DNA of 64,000 nucleotides from Escherichia phage vB_EcoM_IME392: sequence record MH719082.1; one strand, 5' to 3'. Shown piece by piece: positions 58,912 to 64,000 of this stretch (position 1 is its first letter; each line of letters starts with the position of its first letter). The notes under the pieces were generated by a model. It saw only the letters and a program-made list of their open reading frames with translations, ran no database searches and was not told where the DNA came from. The position numbers and the translations under genes were made by a program.

Positions 58912-59133
58912 TTATCTTTTCAGGACGTATTGTTTACATGGGCAATTCTTTACCTTCTTGCCAGATCCGCAGTAGCAATCTTCGTTAGCCTTACTACGCT
59001 TAATTACTTTCGGCTCTCCAGTAAACTCAGCCTCTTTCTTAGCATCCTTAGCTTTGTAATATTCCCAACTCGCCATCCAGACACCATCTAGACAGAGAGC
59101 ATTAATCTGTACGGGATTACTCCTCGTCATCAT
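58912..59133 (-). CDS. SEC-C-motif zinc-binding protein
   Basis: C-terminal CYCGSGKKVKNCPC; start at ATG 59133 after GGTGGAGG. Confidence 0.5.
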   Translation of the reverse strand: MMTRSNPVQINALCLDGVWMASWEYYKAKDAKKEAEFTGEPKVIKRSKANEDCYCGSGKKVKNCPCKQYVLKR

Positions 59134-59269
59134 CGGAGCCTCCACCCATGGCCTGCTCTTCGATTACCTGCATACAGGTAAGACATACTGGTTCGAGACC
59201 ATACTCAGACATATCGATAGGAGTCTCATCCTTCTGTTGTTTACACCAGGAGCACTTAAACTGTGGCAT
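59117..59269 (-). CDS. small zinc-ribbon protein (absent from ORF track)
   Basis: 50 aa MPQFKCSWCKQQ...CLTCMQ...; AAGGA upstream; overlaps neighbours by 14-17 nt. Confidence 0.35.
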   Translation of the reverse strand: MPQFKCSWCKQQKDETPIDMSEYGLEPVCLTCMQVIEEQAMGGGSDDDEE

Positions 59270-59450
59270 CTGTCATATCCTTAGTGATATAGTCAAACAG
59301 AATCTCTTCTCTAGATGTCCGCCAGCATTCATGGCCATCTTTCATGCAGATCAATTCGCTAGTCTCTTCATCATACTCCCAGTAACAGGAAGAAGAGATA
59401 GGACCATGAACCTGATTGTACATATGGATCATCTTTTCTTCAGTAGTCAT
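59256..59450 (-). CDS. small hypothetical protein
   Basis: start at ATG 59450 after AGGAGAAATT; motif copy 25 bp upstream. Confidence 0.45.
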   Translation of the reverse strand: MTTEEKMIHMYNQVHGPISSSCYWEYDEETSELICMKDGHECWRTSREEILFDYITKDMTDATV

Positions 59451-59474
59451 AATTTCTCCTAACAGTAGTTCTGA

Positions 59475-59509
59475 CACCTTAACAGCCTTTCGGCACCTAA
59501 AAAGAGCGG
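59475..59509 (-). promoter_or_regulatory. conserved leftward promoter-like motif, copy 11
   Basis: CACCTTAACAGCCTTTCGGCACCTAAAAAGAGCGG. Confidence 0.45.
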
Positions 59510-59510
59510 C

Positions 59511-59744
59511 CTACGAATCTTCCAGATCTACTAAGTATTCGATCTTGAGTCTGAATGGCCCCATATACTGGGTAATAGCCATAATCCTACCATTCTCCTT
59601 TTCCCATATCCATGGTGCTGGTGGCTTAGGAGTGTCCTTAGGAACATAACCCATATTGGCTAGTTTAGCTATTGCTACTCTTCCGACAGCCTTCCCACCA
59701 GCCTTAGACTGGGAGGTAATATACTCTTCAGTAACTACGATCAT
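59511..59744 (-). CDS. hypothetical protein
   Basis: 77 aa; GAGGAA RBS. Confidence 0.5.
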   Translation of the reverse strand: MIVVTEEYITSQSKAGGKAVGRVAIAKLANMGYVPKDTPKPPAPWIWEKENGRIMAITQYMGPFRLKIEYLVDLEDS

Positions 59745-59889
59745 TAATAGTGTTCCTCAACATAATCAAATAATAACTCCTAAACTAATGGACGTAGGAA
59801 CTACCGGCCCCTTATCTAATTTAACCAATTGGAGTGTAGCGGCGGCTGGCGGAGCCGCCGCGTACACGAGACTAAACTCCTCCGGAGAG

Positions 59890-60010
59890 TCTGACCTTGC
59901 CCACCCGAGCCTCCCCCTGGGATTCGCTCCCTAAAGCCACTTTGGGCTTTAACTCGCTCACCCTACGCGTGACGCAAGGTATACTACGTAGATGCCCCTA
60001 AGAATGTTGA
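59890..60010. ncRNA. structured non-coding element, copy B (paralog of 4905-5032)
   Basis: hairpin AAAGCC-ACTTTG-GGCTTT; closing helix ACCTTGC(59894-59900)/GCAAGGT(59974-59980); conserved CCACCCGAGCC and CTACGCG blocks. Confidence 0.35.
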
Positions 60011-60273
60011 GAGGGTATAAACCTTAGTGTAGTTCGCATCAGTCCCCACTAAGGTCTCGACAATACCTTCATCCTCTATCCAGTTCCGGACAATCTGAAT
60101 AGGGACACTACCTAACTATTCGTAATGCAACCATAGCCGGAGACGTAACTTAATCGTGCCCTATGTATACGCATTACTTAATGAGAGTATATAGTTGCTC
60201 TTCCCAGACTATCGAATCTGTTTTACGGAAGAGCAGCTATTAGGCCGTTAGGTGCCTTAATAGAACTCAGCTA

Positions 60274-60444
60274 TTAGTAAAGCTTCACTACTTTGTTAGA
60301 TACCCAGGACTGAGGGTTGGCAGATTCCACCATTTTGTCGTAGGCACGATCTGCTTGATCTTTAGTCTCAAATTCCGCAATTACCGAGTGAACTGATGGA
60401 GCATCCCGAGCAACAATACTACTTACAATAAGTAACTTAAACAT
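60274..60444 (-). CDS. small protein with signal-peptide-like N-terminus (absent from ORF track)
   Basis: ATG 60444 overlapping stop of upstream gene (ATGTTTAA); 56 aa MFKLLIVSSIVARDAPSVHS... Confidence 0.3.
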   Translation of the reverse strand: MFKLLIVSSIVARDAPSVHSVIAEFETKDQADRAYDKMVESANPQSWVSNKVVKLY

Positions 60445-60796
60445 GAGTCATCCTCCTGGAGCGGTCGCAGGAGTCCCAGATTGCGTTATATACTCTCTTA
60501 CCATCTTCGTAAGATAGACCGTAAGCATCACCATTACAGTCAATTAACGCACTTACTCCTCCCAGCTTAATTTCCGGACCGTAAATATCGTTATAGACAT
60601 GGATTACACCATTAGCGCTTACCCAAGTCCATGTATCTTTACGAATCATCCGGATTTCGTCATTATCTAGCATTCTGATAAATTCGGTAGGATCCCCAGT
60701 ACGGATCATATTCTCATAAGCTAGTCGCTCTTCCGATTTAGTCAGTAAGGGAATTGCTGGAACAGTTTTAAATATAGATTTTAATTTCTCAAACAT
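60437..60796 (-). CDS. hypothetical protein
   Basis: 119 aa; tandem duplicated SD GGAGATATTA x2 upstream. Confidence 0.5.
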   Translation of the reverse strand: MFEKLKSIFKTVPAIPLLTKSEERLAYENMIRTGDPTEFIRMLDNDEIRMIRKDTWTWVSANGVIHVYNDIYGPEIKLGGVSALIDCNGDAYGLSYEDGKRVYNAIWDSCDRSRRMTHV

Positions 60797-60871
60797 ATCT
60801 TAATATCTCCTAATATCTCCTAAGACTATTCACATAGAGCACCATCAGATGCTCTATAGGAATAACCTCTA

Positions 60872-60906
60872 CAGTTTAACAGCCTTTCGACCCTTAGAAA
60901 GAGCGG
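60872..60906 (-). promoter_or_regulatory. conserved leftward promoter-like motif, copy 12
   Basis: CAGTTTAACAGCCTTTCGACCCTTAGAAAGAGCGG. Confidence 0.45.
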
Positions 60907-61140
60907 TTATTTAATATATTTAGCTTTGGCAACATCCAAACCTGAAGATGTAAGCATACACATATTATAGTCGCCGTAAATCTTAGGGCAAGTACCATTA
61001 CCTTGGAACCATGTAGCTAGTCCCTTATCTACCAGACTTGCCGCTCCCGACTTAGACGGAAGATCTCCATCAGTAGCTGGCCCGAACCAGAAGAGTCTGT
61101 ACAATACATCCTCTTCCCCACCCATTAATTCTTGATCCAC
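60907..61140 (-). CDS. hypothetical protein
   Basis: 77-aa ORF. Confidence 0.45.
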   Translation of the reverse strand: MDQELMGGEEDVLYRLFWFGPATDGDLPSKSGAASLVDKGLATWFQGNGTCPKIYGDYNMCMLTSSGLDVAKAKYIK

Positions 61141-61150
61141 AGTTATCTCC

Positions 61151-61717
61151 TTAAAATGTCTTATTGTAGTTCATACCAGGATATATGGTATCCTCATTAT
61201 GGCCTTCGCCATTCTTATTAGTGATCGGCTGGCCAGTTTCGTTCATTACTCCAATATGTACCATATCAGAGAATTTACGATCTATGCCGTTGAGCTCAGC
61301 ACCACAATGCTGGCAGTACTGGCGAACATCCAGTTTAGTATCGTGGTAACCATCTGGCTTAGTAGTTACCTTAGTTAGGTAATGAGTATGGTAATGACTA
61401 GACTGAATATTCTTCAGACGATTCATATGATCCTTCATTACCCGAGCTTTGGTCTGTAGTAAATCGGTTATCTGCTTCTCTAACTGCTCTACAGCCGTAT
61501 CGTAATGAAGTGCAGAAACATGCATATCATTCTTGATAGTCAGATAAATACCAGAAGATCTGGAGTCAGGAATTACCAGACGATCACCTGGGTAAATAAG
61601 ATCAGGATTAGGGTGGGTAGCTTTGTTAGCCTTAGCCACATCCTCTAATCGGCAACGATACAATTCTGCAATACCAGACATCGTATCTCCAGATTTAACT
61701 ACATGATAGTAGGGCAT
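61151..61717 (-). CDS. LysM-domain protein
   Basis: N-terminal YHVVKSGDTMSGIAELY...LIYPGDRLVIP. Confidence 0.6.
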   Translation of the reverse strand: MPYYHVVKSGDTMSGIAELYRCRLEDVAKANKATHPNPDLIYPGDRLVIPDSRSSGIYLTIKNDMHVSALHYDTAVEQLEKQITDLLQTKARVMKDHMNRLKNIQSSHYHTHYLTKVTTKPDGYHDTKLDVRQYCQHCGAELNGIDRKFSDMVHIGVMNETGQPITNKNGEGHNEDTIYPGMNYNKTF

Positions 61718-62037
61718 CCGAACTCCTCAGGGTCATTATCTATCGTTATATTTATGTGGATAAACTCAGGGTCAATTAGCTTAATTATGTTAACAGAACC
61801 CAGTTCCCAGTCCGCCATACGGAGGAAATTACGGCATCTTGTAGCTAAACCGAATAGATTTAGCTCATCTAGACGCTCATAAGTAACCAAAGTAGCCTTT
61901 TCTTTATCGAAAGTACAGTGCTCTTCGTTATTATCCCGTAAGATGCAGTAGGCAGTCTCCCATCTTGGGTCTCCCTCCGGAGGGCGTTCCCCGATAAGGC
62001 TGCTCCATACCTTTAATTCAATGCGGAATTGTTCCAT
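61699..62037 (-). CDS. hypothetical protein
   Basis: 112-aa ORF. Confidence 0.5.
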   Translation of the reverse strand: MEQFRIELKVWSSLIGERPPEGDPRWETAYCILRDNNEEHCTFDKEKATLVTYERLDELNLFGLATRCRNFLRMADWELGSVNIIKLIDPEFIHINITIDNDPEEFGCPTIM

Positions 62038-62264
62038 TATCTGTCCTTAGGAGGAGCAGCAAACTCCCCAGTTGATGTGGTCTTCTCTGGGTAGTTAACA
62101 GACTCAGTTTCCTTATACTTAACAGAACTAAGATTGAATACCAATAACCCAGGTATAGCTGACCACCATGATGCTCCCATATAATAAAGGCCCAATACTA
62201 GAACAGTCATGCAGATAAGGGTTACAATATTTTCGAGTATACCCATCATCATTATTTTATTCAC
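62037..62264 (-). CDS. small membrane protein
   Basis: 75 aa, two hydrophobic segments. Confidence 0.45.
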   Translation of the reverse strand: MNKIMMMGILENIVTLICMTVLVLGLYYMGASWWSAIPGLLVFNLSSVKYKETESVNYPEKTTSTGEFAAPPKDR

Positions 62265-62815
62265 TGAGGCATGTCTCCTATTCTGCCAACATAATCGGTT
62301 CCATACCCAGGCTCGGTTGCTGGTTTAATAGACTCCACCATACCCTTATTGTCAATGGTGACAGTATGTGGGGTGGGGACGTATTTGGTGGACCATCCAT
62401 GCCAATCCATGAATGCGCAGTAGTTGGCCACATCAACAGGATCACCCTTATCGATATGGTGGCTAAATGCGATGATGCACTGGGTAGGGTCTTCGAACTG
62501 ATCATTACCCTTAGCCGTATCCCAGTTAGGATGACGCCATCCGTTGGTGAATCCATACTTAACCTGGGCTTTATGTAACTTCTTAGCCATCTTCCCAGCG
62601 AAGTCCAGAACCAACTCACGAGTATCAGGATGCAGACCATCAGGAATAGCGACGCAGTTATTCGCAATAGACATCTTAACATGATTGAGGATGTCTGCTA
62701 CTTCTTTACGGCTCATGGTGAACTCCATAGCATTGAGATCACCACTTAATTTACTGCGGAAGAGATTGTTGATTAAGTCCAGAGTCTCTTCCACTACATT
62801 ACGATTACCACTCAT
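62261..62815 (-). CDS. hypothetical protein
   Basis: 184-aa ORF. Confidence 0.5.
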   Translation of the reverse strand: MSGNRNVVEETLDLINNLFRSKLSGDLNAMEFTMSRKEVADILNHVKMSIANNCVAIPDGLHPDTRELVLDFAGKMAKKLHKAQVKYGFTNGWRHPNWDTAKGNDQFEDPTQCIIAFSHHIDKGDPVDVANYCAFMDWHGWSTKYVPTPHTVTIDNKGMVESIKPATEPGYGTDYVGRIGDMPQ

Positions 62816-62825
62816 AGATACTTCC

Positions 62826-63236
62826 TTATTTCTTATTGCAATGAGGACATACCATATGCTCTATACCTAGTTCGCCATGGTTTATAGTAACTGCCCCATT
62901 ACCACCACAAGATTCACATCCGATTTCTTCTGTAGCTCGTTTCTGATCTTCCCAGCCCTTAAGTACTTCATCAAGTTTATCGATGTTAGATAGGGAGCAG
63001 CGATGCCATGTATCCGATAACAGAACGCCCTCGAGGAACATTCTCTTACCTTCTTCGTAAGGGGACTCATCAGATTTAGGACGAGTATGAGGATGATCTG
63101 GCTCTACGTATTGATCCACTACCTTCGCCAGATGTGTACGGAGCTGCTGAGTCTGGCCATAAGTCATTACGGCATCCATCAACTCTTTCAGCATTTTATT
63201 GTACAGATGAGGAGCTAACCTAAGTTTACTGTTCAT
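62826..63236 (-). CDS. hypothetical protein with C-terminal Cys4 zinc-binding motif
   Basis: start at ATG 63236 after AGGAG; CESCGG...CPHCNKK. Confidence 0.5.
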   Translation of the reverse strand: MNSKLRLAPHLYNKMLKELMDAVMTYGQTQQLRTHLAKVVDQYVEPDHPHTRPKSDESPYEEGKRMFLEGVLLSDTWHRCSLSNIDKLDEVLKGWEDQKRATEEIGCESCGGNGAVTINHGELGIEHMVCPHCNKK

Positions 63237-63414
63237 CCTCAACTCCTGCAATTATAGATACATTATTATAACCAGCGTCGAAGGTAACATCGATATCACC
63301 TTCAATAGTCTCTACCTCTTTCAGCTTAGCGATCAGCTTAGAGATAGGACCACTCCAGTCGTCTAACTCTTCTAAAATTCGTTTAGCCTCGTCAGATATA
63401 TCTAACGTATGCAT
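63226..63414 (-). CDS. small acidic protein
   Basis: 62 aa; AGGAGTAAT RBS. Confidence 0.45.
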   Translation of the reverse strand: MHTLDISDEAKRILEELDDWSGPISKLIAKLKEVETIEGDIDVTFDAGYNNVSIIAGVEDEQ

Positions 63415-63472
63415 TTGATTACTCCTAACGTTAACATTTCACATAGGGCACCGAAATACCCTATAGGCTATG

Positions 63473-63823
63473 CTAACCGTACAGTGTTCCTGGTCTAGGC
63501 TCCACCATGGTTGTTGCGTCTACATTCTCGAATATCACGTCGTCATTAGCCACGGAACATGTAGCGGTGTGTTCGTCCATAACCAGACTACCACGTACCA
63601 TACAGACCATCTCTCCGTTATATTCGAAATGCATACCAGTAGTCATATGAATCGGAATCTTATCTACCATAACGGATGAATCTCCCATCCCATAGCTACA
63701 CAGAATGAACAGAAGAGCAATCCCAGGAAGAATCCGATCACTATAAGAAATCCAGCACCATCTGGCATAATTACTCCCGGCAGTGATATTCGGCGAAATC
63801 GCAGATCTGGAAGAATGGCCCAT
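63473..63823 (-). CDS. hypothetical protein (start uncertain; alternative ATG 63688)
   Basis: ORF only; no clear RBS. Confidence 0.3.
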   Translation of the reverse strand: MGHSSRSAISPNITAGSNYARWCWISYSDRILPGIALLFILCSYGMGDSSVMVDKIPIHMTTGMHFEYNGEMVCMVRGSLVMDEHTATCSVANDDVIFENVDATTMVEPRPGTLYG

Positions 63824-63995
63824 GACGAATCCATGGCTTATCCGGAAGGGTTTCCCAGAGATGATGACACCATTTCGCGAACTTCTTAGCGGACTCCAGA
63901 TCAGTAACTTTATCAGTGCGGATGTCGAATCCGGTCCGCTTAGCTACTGTATCCCAGTCGGTCCACCCTTTCCATACCTCGTTAATGTAAGGCAT
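63771..63995 (-). CDS. hypothetical protein
   Basis: 74-aa ORF. Confidence 0.4.
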   Translation of the reverse strand: MPYINEVWKGWTDWDTVAKRTGFDIRTDKVTDLESAKKFAKWCHHLWETLPDKPWIRHGPFFQICDFAEYHCRE

Positions 63996-64000
63996 GATTC

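Overview
This window reads as part of a large virulent myovirus-type phage genome with E. coli-like codon usage; all family calls below come from motifs I recognise by eye, since no database search or folding program was run. Layout: (1) 1-8.7 kb, leftward (- strand) early/replication block (RecA-fold ATPase, SF2 DEAH helicase, GT32-like glycosyltransferase, SLOG/YpsA-like and HhH proteins) interrupted by a 2.3-kb ORF-free island at 4.7-7.0 kb holding tRNA-Met(CAU), tRNA-Arg(UCU) and several structured elements; (2) 8.9-52.1 kb, one rightward (+) morphogenesis and lysis module: putative small terminase, large terminase, portal, protease/scaffold with a nested scaffold start, major capsid, sheath/tube, tape measure carrying a GH19-like lysozyme domain, baseplate, a very large receptor-binding locus (three collar-domain fibres with two Tfa chaperones, four 480-1014 aa spikes including a sialidase-like spike with a C-terminal S74 chaperone domain), then GH19 endolysin, holin candidates and an overlapping spanin pair; (3) 52.1-64 kb, leftward block with dUTPase, dCTP-deaminase-like protein, SleB-like hydrolase, DEDDh exonuclease, NADAR-domain protein, LysM protein and many small Zn-ribbon, membrane or acidic proteins. 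The most notable signals are a strand-locked 35-bp motif present 12 times exclusively in the leftward blocks (candidate phage-specific promoter), a duplicated structured non-coding element whose closing helix is kept in both copies, a candidate anti-defence cluster (NADAR, DUF4326-like, exonuclease), and the multi-receptor-binding-protein locus.
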